64,000 bases of DNA. Source: a virus (taxonomy: Duplodnaviria; Caudoviricetes). The position numbers and the translations under genes were made by a program. Below the pieces are notes generated by a model. That model saw only the letters and a program-made list of their open reading frames with translations, searched no databases and was not told the DNA's origin. The stretch lies in the IMG/VR virus record IMGVR_UViG_2576861683_000003, positions 1-64,000 of that record; one strand, written 5' to 3'. Shown one piece after another: positions 27,909 through 37,453 of the stretch. Each line of letters starts with the position of its first letter. The first letter of the stretch is position 1.

Positions 27909-30885
27909 GACGCTGACTTAAAATATAATCTTGTGCTCCCCGCTTGCTTATCTCATAGATTTTTTTCAGCACATGAGGGCTAATTTGCCCATGACTGCTT
28001 TCATTTTGAATAGTGACATTATTGATTTGAGTGAATCCTGCACCTTGATTCGGTATTTTAGCAACAACACCTAATTTGCCATCAATCCCTCGGCGAAGAG
28101 GAAAAATACCTTCAGGCCCAGCTTCCCCCATCACTCCTGCGCCTTTAGCAAAGGCAAATAATGTAGGGCGATTGACGATGTGCCCACTATAACGACTAAG
28201 ACTTGATGAGGAATAAACCCCCCCTTTAGCATTAGCGACTGGCGCACTAAAACCACCAAAGCCAAAGGCTTCTAGACCTTTGATTAAAGCCATTTTAACT
28301 AAGATATTTGTGATCATTTTAAATATCGATTTAGTGAATGCTTTAAAATCGGCTTCTCTTTCTACTAATACATCAGTTAACTGGCTACTAAATCCGTCTA
28401 ATGCCATTGATGTGGCATTTTTTACTTGCGTGTTAACATCTAAGGCTGTCTCACGATAATCAGCCCACGCACTTTTTGCTCCTGCTAACCAGTTGTTTCG
28501 TTGATTGTCCTCCGCTTCAAATGTTTTTTGTTGCTCTGCGAGCATCATGGATAATTGAGGATTATCTTTATTGTCTATTAATAATTGTTCTCGCTGATTA
28601 TTTCGTTGAATTTCTTGGCGAGAAAGTCCTGCATTTGCCTCTATTGCTTGACGTTTTTTAATTTGTTGCGTGAAATATTTTTCAGCTTGCGCTTGAATCT
28701 TGTTTAAGCGTTGCTGTAATGCTATTTCATCACCAATTAATGCTAATTTTTCTTTTTGTGAGAGGATATTATCTTTGTGAGCTAATAACGATTTTTCAGT
28801 TACCGTTAATTGCCGAGACTGAGAGGCTTGTTCTAAGAGGGTAAATTGCGCTTGTTGTTTTTGTAAGTCTTTACGTTGTTGGCTAATTTGTTGATGCGTA
28901 TTGTAATGTTCTCTGAGTACATCAAGTTGGGCTTGTAATGCGAATAAGTCACGCGAAGCGTTCTCTTCTTCGCGCCTCCCGGCAGAGATGCGATTTCCAT
29001 TTTCTCGTCCTCTTCCTGGTATTTGACGATCTCTTAATCGGTAATTGATCATCGCTTTAGCTTCTTCATACTGCTCTTTGGTTAAGGCATGTTTCTCTTT
29101 TTCTAATTCAGCTAATTTTTTTAGCCGTTGTGTTTCCCAACTATAAAAACTTCGCCATTTTTCTTGTAACCTGATTTGGTTCACTTCTAATTGATTTGCC
29201 ACCACTTCTGCTTGTTTTTGTGCATTTTTAAGATCAATATCGCTCACTTGCTCTTTTAAAGTGGCGATTTTTGCTTTGATTTCATCAAGACGATATTGCG
29301 GAGTGATCACAATATTACTGAGGCTCTTTAATAATGACTCTTGCTCTCTAATTTGATCATTTAATGTCTCTGTACGCCCAATATTGAGCATGGCATCCCA
29401 GCCTTTTTTCGCTGTATTTTTTATCCCTAGCCATGCTGACTCTAAGTATCCAAGATTTTCAACAATATCATTAGCACCATCATTGATAGATTGCGCATAA
29501 GCATCAATTGCCAATCGTGCTGCTTCGGTTTTATTACCTTGCAATTCGAGCGTTCTGATTTGCTCTAATTGGGATGCTGTGAGATGGTGATTCGCTTTTT
29601 CTAATTCAAGCGACATTTGAAGCGGTTCATCTTGTAAGCGTTTAAACTGATCAATCGTGGTATCAATCGTCTGCCCTGTGATGTAATTCATCTGTGCGGC
29701 CGCTTTTGAAACACGGGAAATCTCATTATTTGAAAATACGCCTGTACCAACAACACTCGAAATGGATGATGCCATTTCACCACGCGTAATACCGCCACCA
29801 GCAAGAGTTCGCGCCATTTCATTTAATTGAGTCGCGGATTTATTTGCGTAGTTACCCGTTAATATCAACTGCTTGTTAAATTGGGAAAACTCTCTTTCTG
29901 CATCATAAGCTAATTTTGCAACGCCCGTTAAACCAGCAGTAATTCCTCCCCAAATACCACCACGAACCAGTGAGCCCATATTAAAGGAGTTGGCAATACC
30001 TTGAAGACGACCAGATAATGACTTACTGTTTTTATCAAACTCTTTAGTTTCTTTGTTCGATTCAGATAATCGACGAATATAAATTTCTGCCGAAGAACTG
30101 ACACCAAGTTGAGAAGCTTGATAACGCAACATCTGTTCACGACTTAAATTTTGAGTGGCAACCTGTTCTTTTAGTCGCTGAATAAACCGTGTTTTTTGTT
30201 GTGTTAGAGACTCTTCTTCTCGGCGTAACTTCATTGACTCTGAAGTAATGGCAGAAATAAGCACCTGATAATCGCGCTGATGGATGGTGCCTTTCTTCAC
30301 TTCTTGGTTTAACTGTGCCTGAATCGCTCTTAACGCTGATGCACTACCTGATAATCCTTTAACGGCTTCGATTTGTTTGTAGTATTTTTCAGTATTCGCA
30401 TCTTGTTGATCTTGTATCGCCTTTATTCTTGATTTAGTGACATTTTGAATTTCGGCAAACTGCTCACCTGTAATTTTGAGCTTGTCATAAGCCTTTGTTG
30501 ATTTATTTAAAACCTCAGTGAGTTGTTCGAGTGCATTTCTCGTTTGCCCAACACTTTGAGCTTGCTCTAAAAAAGCATCGGCTTGTTTGCGTGATTCAAT
30601 AGCTGCACGCGCTTCTTCCTGTGCGATCCGCTGATAATAATCCGCTCGTTGTTGCTGAGAAATTTCTTGTTGATTGTTAAGTTCTTGAAGAGATTGCGCA
30701 GTACTCTCTGCAGAACTGCGAGCAGATTGTGCTTGTTGTTCAACCAGTTGAGCCATGCGTCGTTGACTGGCTTCGGCTTTTTCTGCGGTTTCTTGCAGTT
30801 GACGTTCAACACGCCCCATTTGCTGACCAAACTCTGCGGTATCCGCACTTAAATTAATCGTGAGATCGGCTATTTGTTGGCTCAT
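27889..30885 (-). CDS. Tape measure protein H
   Basis: 998-aa coiled coil; C-terminal GVMGEAGPEGIFPL. Confidence 0.92.
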   Translation of the reverse strand: MSQQIADLTINLSADTAEFGQQMGRVERQLQETAEKAEASQRRMAQLVEQQAQSARSSAESTAQSLQELNNQQEISQQQRADYYQRIAQEEARAAIESRKQADAFLEQAQSVGQTRNALEQLTEVLNKSTKAYDKLKITGEQFAEIQNVTKSRIKAIQDQQDANTEKYYKQIEAVKGLSGSASALRAIQAQLNQEVKKGTIHQRDYQVLISAITSESMKLRREEESLTQQKTRFIQRLKEQVATQNLSREQMLRYQASQLGVSSSAEIYIRRLSESNKETKEFDKNSKSLSGRLQGIANSFNMGSLVRGGIWGGITAGLTGVAKLAYDAEREFSQFNKQLILTGNYANKSATQLNEMARTLAGGGITRGEMASSISSVVGTGVFSNNEISRVSKAAAQMNYITGQTIDTTIDQFKRLQDEPLQMSLELEKANHHLTASQLEQIRTLELQGNKTEAARLAIDAYAQSINDGANDIVENLGYLESAWLGIKNTAKKGWDAMLNIGRTETLNDQIREQESLLKSLSNIVITPQYRLDEIKAKIATLKEQVSDIDLKNAQKQAEVVANQLEVNQIRLQEKWRSFYSWETQRLKKLAELEKEKHALTKEQYEEAKAMINYRLRDRQIPGRGRENGNRISAGRREEENASRDLFALQAQLDVLREHYNTHQQISQQRKDLQKQQAQFTLLEQASQSRQLTVTEKSLLAHKDNILSQKEKLALIGDEIALQQRLNKIQAQAEKYFTQQIKKRQAIEANAGLSRQEIQRNNQREQLLIDNKDNPQLSMMLAEQQKTFEAEDNQRNNWLAGAKSAWADYRETALDVNTQVKNATSMALDGFSSQLTDVLVEREADFKAFTKSIFKMITNILVKMALIKGLEAFGFGGFSAPVANAKGGVYSSSSLSRYSGHIVNRPTLFAFAKGAGVMGEAGPEGIFPLRRGIDGKLGVVAKIPNQGAGFTQINNVTIQNESSHGQISPHVLKKIYEISKRGAQDYILSQRRDGGGM

Positions 30886-31204
30886 ACCTTATTCCACCGG
30901 CCATTCCTTCGCTAATTGTCATCATTGTTTCTGCTTTCATTTCATCAGTATTTTCTTTATTTAATAAAGTGAAATCGGTTAATGAGCAATCCTCTTTTCC
31001 TGTTAATGCCGTCATTATGGTGCAATTTAATCCCGCAAACGCCCAATCATAAAAAGGGAGCGTAAACGGTACTTCACCGAAATAACGCCCCCAATCCGCA
31101 AGTTCACTAGACGACATTTCACTCAGCATTTTATGCCAATCTAATCGCCTAAATTCATGAGCTAAACGTAAAATAAATTGATGTTCGCGGGTTCTTACTT
31201 TTCC
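30854..31204 (-). CDS. Tail assembly chaperone T (gpGT, -1 frameshift part)
   Basis: Slippery GGAAAAG at 31198-31204; the -1 frame reads VRTREHQFILRLAHEFRR..MLSEMSS. Confidence 0.8.
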   Translation of the reverse strand, partial: GKVRTREHQFILRLAHEFRRLDWHKMLSEMSSSELADWGRYFGEVPFTLPFYDWAFAGLNCTIMTALTGKEDCSLTDFTLLNKENTDEMKAETMMTISEGMAGGIRYEPTNSRSHD

Positions 31205-31596
31205 AATGACTCATAAGATGTGAGTTCCCCATTTTCTTCTGGGGAAGAGGGTTTTAATGAAGGGGGACTAGGTAACATATCACTCAGTAATAATACTTCT
31301 TTTGCCACACTTTCTAACATGCTAGGAGGCCATGTATTAATAACCTCTTTGTAAACATCATTTACCTCTTGGGAGCCTTGTTGTTGTAATGAGCAAGATA
31401 CTAACCAAGCATTTGCTTCTACAGATAAACGTAAATAAAAAGCGGTGCGTTTAATGTCATCACTGTTTTTCTCTGGCGCTTTATGTTCTGATTGTTCAAC
31501 AAGAAAATCGAAATACTCAACACGTTGTAATGCTGATAATTCATGTATCACAATATTGTTTTCACCATAATTGAGTGTTTTTTGTTTTAAAAACAT
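31195..31596 (-). CDS. Tail assembly chaperone G
   Basis: MFLK..ELSALQRVEY. Confidence 0.88.
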   Translation of the reverse strand: MFLKQKTLNYGENNIVIHELSALQRVEYFDFLVEQSEHKAPEKNSDDIKRTAFYLRLSVEANAWLVSCSLQQQGSQEVNDVYKEVINTWPPSMLESVAKEVLLLSDMLPSPPSLKPSSPEENGELTSYESLEK

Positions 31597-31605
31597 AATT
31601 TATTC

Positions 31606-32208
31606 CTATTCTTCAGTAGGTTGAGTCACTGTTTTTATTATTACAGGTGGGTTAGGTAAAATTTCAGCTAACGTAGGACGGCCGTTGTTAGTAATTTTAA
31701 TTGTGCGAGTGATCATTTCTTTAGCAGTGACGGTTTTACCTAATGCGCTTACCCAGCCTTGGTAAATATCGACAGCACCATTAGGAAAACGAATGCGATA
31801 GTAACGAACATTTCCTTTATCAAACCAACGAATGATCTCTTTTTGCCCTGATTCATTAGGTAACCATGCCAGTGTAATACTCGCTTCCCCCGCTGATTTT
31901 TCACCTTGTGTGGTTATTTTCCAATTCGCATTCTCATCATCAAGATAAGTGTCGTCTTGACTTTCAGCAGTCATTTCTCCAGGTTGAAGTTCTTTCACTT
32001 TGGCTATTTTTATCCAATCTGTATCTGAAAAAGGGGCTTCCAATGGGTTATTTTCACCAAGATAAAGCCATAATGTGGTACCTATACCTTTAATCGGTGT
32101 CAGTGGGGTTGTCGTCATAATCGCCTTACAATACATACTGTATGTGGTAGGTAAGATCAGCAGAACACCATAAGCCAACATCGTCATCGCGCTGATAGTC
32201 ATAACCAT
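31606..32208 (-). CDS. Major tail tube protein V (no Ig extension)
   Basis: [23 protein letters not shown]; true start probably near 32118. Confidence 0.88.
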   Translation of the reverse strand: MVMTISAMTMLAYGVLLILPTTYSMYCKAIMTTTPLTPIKGIGTTLWLYLGENNPLEAPFSDTDWIKIAKVKELQPGEMTAESQDDTYLDDENANWKITTQGEKSAGEASITLAWLPNESGQKEIIRWFDKGNVRYYRIRFPNGAVDIYQGWVSALGKTVTAKEMITRTIKITNNGRPTLAEILPNPPVIIKTVTQPTEE

Positions 32209-32524
32209 GAGGTGTCATAACATCAATTAAAGAGGTGAGCGAAGGTAGCGTATTCAAAGCAGGATAAATTAGTGTTTCTATCCATTGATCTAATTCGGTA
32301 TCTGGGTTTTTCGCTTCAAGAAAAAGAGTGATATGGATAATCGCTTGCCAACTATCTGCATCAAGCGTATCGCTAATCGAAATCGCATCTGTTAAATAAA
32401 TCGCAATGGCGGGTAATTCTTGTGCATCAATAAAAAAGGGACGCCCATCAAAAAATGTCGCCCCCGTTACATAAGGTATTATTGCGTCTTTCACTTTCTG
32501 TCGTATTTGAGCATGTTTACTCAT
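32126..32524 (-). CDS. Tail terminator U
   Basis: [14 protein letters not shown]. Confidence 0.9.
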   Translation of the reverse strand: MSKHAQIRQKVKDAIIPYVTGATFFDGRPFFIDAQELPAIAIYLTDAISISDTLDADSWQAIIHITLFLEAKNPDTELDQWIETLIYPALNTLPSLTSLIDVMTPHGYDYQRDDDVGLWCSADLTYHIQYVL

Positions 32525-33084
32525 CTCGTCCTCTCGTTAATATAGAGTCTCAATTGTTGCTTCAAGGCATACCCCATTTCTTTCGACATTTCTGAATGCA
32601 TTAATCGTTGAGTCTCTTCTTGAAAAGCTTGGGTTAGAGGTGTAACGAGAGGAATTTTTACAACATTAATGGGATATTGATCCTTTGTAACACGTTGAAG
32701 AACATGCCAGCGCCCGTTATTAAGTTGCTGAATAAAGGCATTAGGAAAAGAAAATTTCCCAATTTTGAGAACGCTCCCCTGATGTTTTTGATAACGTTGT
32801 TTTCGAGACAGTTGAAGTCGAGCTTTACCTAATGCAATAGCCGGTAAGTTGCCTCGGTTTATCACCATCCTTGCACGAGGCTTTGTGTAATTATTTTTAG
32901 CTTTATTGAGTTTGACTCGTTGTCTAATTAATCGCTGTGGTACACCTGTTTTTTTCGCTACTCGCTTTACACTATGGCTGATCACCCGCGTTGCAACACG
33001 ATTAATCGCTTGTGACGTTGCTTTAGGAACCATTTGACCATTGATGCTGTTCAGGTTTTTTATTGCTTGATCGAGTCCTTTCAT
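32521..33084 (-). CDS. Minor tail protein Z
   Basis: MKGL.QAI.NL, NRGNLPAI, AFIQQL.NGRWHV. Confidence 0.88.
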   Translation of the reverse strand: MKGLDQAIKNLNSINGQMVPKATSQAINRVATRVISHSVKRVAKKTGVPQRLIRQRVKLNKAKNNYTKPRARMVINRGNLPAIALGKARLQLSRKQRYQKHQGSVLKIGKFSFPNAFIQQLNNGRWHVLQRVTKDQYPINVVKIPLVTPLTQAFQEETQRLMHSEMSKEMGYALKQQLRLYINERTR

Positions 33085-33093
33085 ATTTGTTCC

Positions 33094-33366
33094 TTATGTT
33101 ACCCATATATGCGGTTTTCCATTAAATTGTTGATAGCGAGTCACTTTATAAAAGTGATTATCCACTTCAACCTCATCACCACGTTGAGGATGATAATCTT
33201 GGGAAAACACGATATAACTCACGCTATCGCCCTGAATTGGGCCTAATTCAACCAAAAAATAAGCATCAATGGCTTGATAAACGATCCCATTTATTCTGAT
33301 ACTTTTTCCAATACGTTTTGCAGTAAGACTATCCATTTGATAACGCAAATACTCAAATACACTCAT
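33094..33366 (-). CDS. Head-tail joining protein
   Basis: Position in the head-tail cluster; FNGKPHIW. Confidence 0.7.
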   Translation of the reverse strand: MSVFEYLRYQMDSLTAKRIGKSIRINGIVYQAIDAYFLVELGPIQGDSVSYIVFSQDYHPQRGDEVEVDNHFYKVTRYQQFNGKPHIWVT

Positions 33367-33375
33367 TTTTTCCTT

Positions 33376-33714
33376 CTATTCTTGTTTAGGCATAGCAACA
33401 TTTAATTTCACTGCAATCGCGCTGTCAGAAGCTTCAACATCCTGCCATACCATCCCTGCTGGCATGCCTTCTGTCTCCACAACTTCATTATTTTTGACCA
33501 ACGCTACTGTGCCTGCTTTTAGCGTGACCCCTACTTTTTTGTTAAGTAAAAAGACACCTTCCGTGATCCCATCCCCCACACTTTTTATTGCAATATCGGT
33601 CAATGCAACCGTGGCAACTTTCCCCACAAAAACTAGCTGACCACTTTTGATCATATGTTGAGTGGTGTTATGTATGGTGATGGTGTTTCCTGCTTGTACA
33701 TAATTTTTAGCCAT
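33376..33714 (-). CDS. DUF2190 capsid cement protein
   Basis: MAKNYVQAGNTI, EGVF.L. Confidence 0.8.
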   Translation of the reverse strand: MAKNYVQAGNTITIHNTTQHMIKSGQLVFVGKVATVALTDIAIKSVGDGITEGVFLLNKKVGVTLKAGTVALVKNNEVVETEGMPAGMVWQDVEASDSAIAVKLNVAMPKQE

Positions 33715-33802
33715 AAAAACTCCTTCCGATGCCGAAGCCCCGGATTTTAGATATAAAAAAAGCCCATCAGGGCATCAGGATAAAACGAAGAAAAAAGACG
33801 TC

Positions 33803-35821
33803 TTACTTACCCGTCACTTTCAGTAGACCGCGATAATCAACTGGCGCTACACCCGCATCAATACGCACTTTCGTAGTGACACCATCAGAGGTAAAGCCTT
33901 CAAGCTGATCAATATACGGTACATCAATCCCATTTAAGTACGCCACTTCAATGGTGTCGCTACCTTGACGTGAGGCCATATACCAATCTTTTTCGCTTGC
34001 ATCATCTAAACGAGGTTCGGCAATAATTTCCGCTAAATCACGCACTGGGTTAATAATATTGGAATTAACATCCGCGCCTTTCACACTGCCTGATTTAACC
34101 ACTTGAATAGCTTGTGTTTCCAGTGTGGTCGGTACCAACATAAACGCAGGACGAATATTGAGTGTACGCTCACCTTCTTTCTGTTGACGCATCGCGGTGC
34201 GACCTGCACTGATGGTTTCTACATCCATCCCGCCGGTGATCATGTTTTTATGATCGGCACTAAATAGTGCTTTTTTATCGCTCATTTTTTCATTGTTGAT
34301 AAGCACCGCATACACCAAATCACCGACAGTGGCTTTCGCTGCACGACCGAACTTCATTGGCACATCCGTCAGCATATTCATGTCATCATTGATGATGGCT
34401 TGACGGGTAATACTAAATAATTCACCGTAAGTCGCTAGCGCAATGGTTTCGCCTTTATCATCGAGCGTAACGTATTTATACTCGGCACCTTCACGCACTT
34501 GACGTAAGGAAGGGAATGCCCCTAATCCCACACGGTGTGCGGTTTTAAAGTCGCTGAGTTGCCCTTTTTTCGTCCATTTTTCAAAGGTTTCTTCGTTTTC
34601 TTCCCAACCCAGTAAAATCGCTTTGTTTGCGACATCCAGCAGGATATTACCGAAGTCAGACGTGCTGTGCGTAAATGCCATTCCAATCATTTGCATCGGA
34701 TTATACGTAGCCACACCGATGCCACGCTCCGTCAGTGATGCGCGTGCTAACTCACGCAGTGTCATGCTATTAAAGGCGTTATCTTTTTCATAATCTTGAT
34801 AACCCGCACGCGCCATCACAGAGGCACGCACACTGTCACCCACGATATTGCCGTTTCCAGCGTAAATATGCGCATTACCTTTATTTGATGGTTCAGGATT
34901 TTGTTGTTGTGCAACCGTGTTAAGTAATTGCTCACGCGCTTTCTCAACAGAACAACTCGCATCCGATAAACAAGTGATCATCAAATCATTGTGACGACCA
35001 CCGAACATGGCAAATAAATCTTTAATCCCATTTAAGCGCGCCTGATCATTTGCATTCGGTTGTTGTTCTGGTGTCGGTACCGGAGTTGGATGAGGCTGTG
35101 TAGGGCTAGTGGTATTTTTCGGGGTAATTTGATTTTTAATTGCACTTGGCATAGATGAAAATTCCTCAATTCGTTTAGATGTAAGACTTGCCATTGCTTT
35201 TACTGGCTCAATCACTTTATCGGCGAAACCGTGTTCAACACACTCGTCACCATCAAGCCATGTTTCCTGCTCTAACATGGCGGTAATTTCTTCGGTTGTT
35301 TTCCCTGTTTTCGCCACATAAGCAGGGATTAATACGTTTTCTAACTTGTCGAGCAAATCAGCATATTCACGCATATCATTCGCATCCCCCCATGAAACGC
35401 CCCACGGTTTGTGGATCATCATCATGGCATTTTTCGGCATAATGACCGTATCACCCACCATCGCAATGACTGATGCCATTGAAGCCGCTAATCCATCGAT
35501 ATAAACCGTGATTGTTGCGGAATGGTTTTTAAGTTGGTTATAAATGGCGATACCATCAAATACTTCACCACCGGGAGAGTGAATATGCAGATTGATATGA
35601 CTGAGATTACCCAGCGAGAGTAAATCCTCCGTAAAGCGTCTTGCGCTAATTCCCCACCCACCAATTTCATCATAAATATAGATATCTGCAGTTTGGTCTT
35701 CTTTAGCTTGCATGCGAAACCAGTTTTTTTCAGTTACTGGCTCCGACATTTTAGGCATCGTTATCAGGTTCTTGTTGTTTAGCATTTTGTGCCCCTTTGT
35801 CATTAGCAGGATCAGTATCAA
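33803..35821 (-). CDS. ClpP-like prohead protease fused to the major capsid protein
   Basis: HSPGG, GLAASMAS, MMIHKPW, followed by a capsid domain (TSDF, KVRIDAGV). Confidence 0.92.
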   Translation of the reverse strand: MILILLMTKGHKMLNNKNLITMPKMSEPVTEKNWFRMQAKEDQTADIYIYDEIGGWGISARRFTEDLLSLGNLSHINLHIHSPGGEVFDGIAIYNQLKNHSATITVYIDGLAASMASVIAMVGDTVIMPKNAMMMIHKPWGVSWGDANDMREYADLLDKLENVLIPAYVAKTGKTTEEITAMLEQETWLDGDECVEHGFADKVIEPVKAMASLTSKRIEEFSSMPSAIKNQITPKNTTSPTQPHPTPVPTPEQQPNANDQARLNGIKDLFAMFGGRHNDLMITCLSDASCSVEKAREQLLNTVAQQQNPEPSNKGNAHIYAGNGNIVGDSVRASVMARAGYQDYEKDNAFNSMTLRELARASLTERGIGVATYNPMQMIGMAFTHSTSDFGNILLDVANKAILLGWEENEETFEKWTKKGQLSDFKTAHRVGLGAFPSLRQVREGAEYKYVTLDDKGETIALATYGELFSITRQAIINDDMNMLTDVPMKFGRAAKATVGDLVYAVLINNEKMSDKKALFSADHKNMITGGMDVETISAGRTAMRQQKEGERTLNIRPAFMLVPTTLETQAIQVVKSGSVKGADVNSNIINPVRDLAEIIAEPRLDDASEKDWYMASRQGSDTIEVAYLNGIDVPYIDQLEGFTSDGVTTKVRIDAGVAPVDYRGLLKVTGK

Positions 35822-37241
35822 ATACCAGTCCTAATCGTTTATTTTCGTCAATTTCGGTTTTACGACGACGTTTCACATCCGCAGGGTTTCCCCCTTTGGC
35901 GCGTATCCAGTCACTTTCTGTTGACGCACCACCACGTAACAAAGTTTTCCATGCCTCAGATTCTTTTTTCGGATCAATCCACGGCATCACAGGTCCACTG
36001 TAAACCGCATTAAACAGGGATTTAGGGTCAACATCTGGTGGCACGGCGACCACACCACTGGCTATCGCCATTTTTAACCAATTGCGATACATCGGACGGC
36101 TAATGCCCGCCACAAAGGTGTCTTGAAAAATGTTATAGCCTTCAAATGACTCCACCAGCTCTTGTCGTTGAGCGCTATATGTGCCGTTATAGTCACGGGC
36201 GATACTGGAATAACTACCCCGACTGCCCGCAGAAACCGCACGTAATTGCCCATTGCGAAAGGTTTGTAGATTAGGGTTGGGGCGGTCTGATTTGATCATG
36301 CCCACTTCTTCACCCGGCTTTAAACCGTCGTAAATCATGCCCGGCTGAATATCAATATTACGTTGCTCATCTTCGTCGTATTCACCTTCAGGGAAAGAGC
36401 CGGCATCCCCTTTTTTGATGTACATCCCCAATGAAGCTGCAATACGTGCGGAGGTCAATTCCGCATCTTCGTAATCTTTTAACGCACTTAAGCGCATTAA
36501 GATCCCCGAAAACAAACTGACACCCCGCGCTTGATGAAGCCGACGAGTGAACTTCAAGTGCAACATATTTTCAGCATCGATGGTTTTGATATCCCCCAAA
36601 TTGGCACTGAATTGGGGGAGGTTTTTATATACCTGATACCCTGTGGGTCGCCCCCACTCATTGAACTTAATGCCTTGGATAATCTTACTTTCTGGCATAT
36701 TCATGTGAATAGGCACAAAGTCAGGCTCTAAGGCTTCGAGCCAAAAATAGATATTGGCTTGAGGATCTAACCCCTTGGCTTTACCTTTGACGAGCTGAGC
36801 AAAGACTTCACCATCACGTAGCCACGTTCTCACCAATAAACGTTCTAATACAGGGCGACTAAATTGCCCTGTCACTTCGGGTAACACGGACCATTCCGCC
36901 CAGGCTTGACGAATTTGCGACGCTAAATCCTCATAGATTTGCCCTGCGCCATCTAAGGGCTGAGGCTCAACAATAATGCCCTTTGCCCCGACAATGCGTT
37001 CTTCCATCTTGTCGAGAATGCCGATAGAGATATCATGATTGTTATCTAGCCATCGCGCTTGCTCCCGTAATGATGTGCCACCAAATTGAGTCAGTTGGTT
37101 ACCATTACGATTTTCACGTTTAGCGGGATGAGTACGAGTGGGTAAAACGGCTTCATAGGCTTTAATTTGTAAGCGAGAGCGGAGGCGCGAAGCTTGCCAG
37201 TTTGGGGCGAAATAACCAATGGCACTGTCTAATAATGTCAT
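35751..37241 (-). CDS. Lambda-family portal protein
   Basis: RDGEVF, QARGVS, PWIDPKKE. Confidence 0.93.
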   Translation of the reverse strand: MTLLDSAIGYFAPNWQASRLRSRLQIKAYEAVLPTRTHPAKRENRNGNQLTQFGGTSLREQARWLDNNHDISIGILDKMEERIVGAKGIIVEPQPLDGAGQIYEDLASQIRQAWAEWSVLPEVTGQFSRPVLERLLVRTWLRDGEVFAQLVKGKAKGLDPQANIYFWLEALEPDFVPIHMNMPESKIIQGIKFNEWGRPTGYQVYKNLPQFSANLGDIKTIDAENMLHLKFTRRLHQARGVSLFSGILMRLSALKDYEDAELTSARIAASLGMYIKKGDAGSFPEGEYDEDEQRNIDIQPGMIYDGLKPGEEVGMIKSDRPNPNLQTFRNGQLRAVSAGSRGSYSSIARDYNGTYSAQRQELVESFEGYNIFQDTFVAGISRPMYRNWLKMAIASGVVAVPPDVDPKSLFNAVYSGPVMPWIDPKKESEAWKTLLRGGASTESDWIRAKGGNPADVKRRRKTEIDENKRLGLVFDTDPANDKGAQNAKQQEPDNDA

Positions 37242-37453
37242 CTAAACCTCGCTAATTTATACATTGGATTACCTCGTTTTCGTGATATCAACGCCGATAA
37301 ACGAGATTCCCAACGCTCACGACCTTTGATGATCTCGTTAAGATTTTCCATTGTCATGGCTTGCCCATTAAAGGTGATGGATTTGCCTTTTAATACCGCC
37401 TCTTCCGCTAAACGGTATTGCTCAATCATGTGTTCAATTTCTTCTTTCGTCAT
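37238..37453 (-). CDS. Head completion protein (gpW-like)
   Basis: Y..AE.AVL.GKSI; lies between terL and portal. Confidence 0.8.
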   Translation of the reverse strand: MTKEEIEHMIEQYRLAEEAVLKGKSITFNGQAMTMENLNEIIKGRERWESRLSALISRKRGNPMYKLARFR

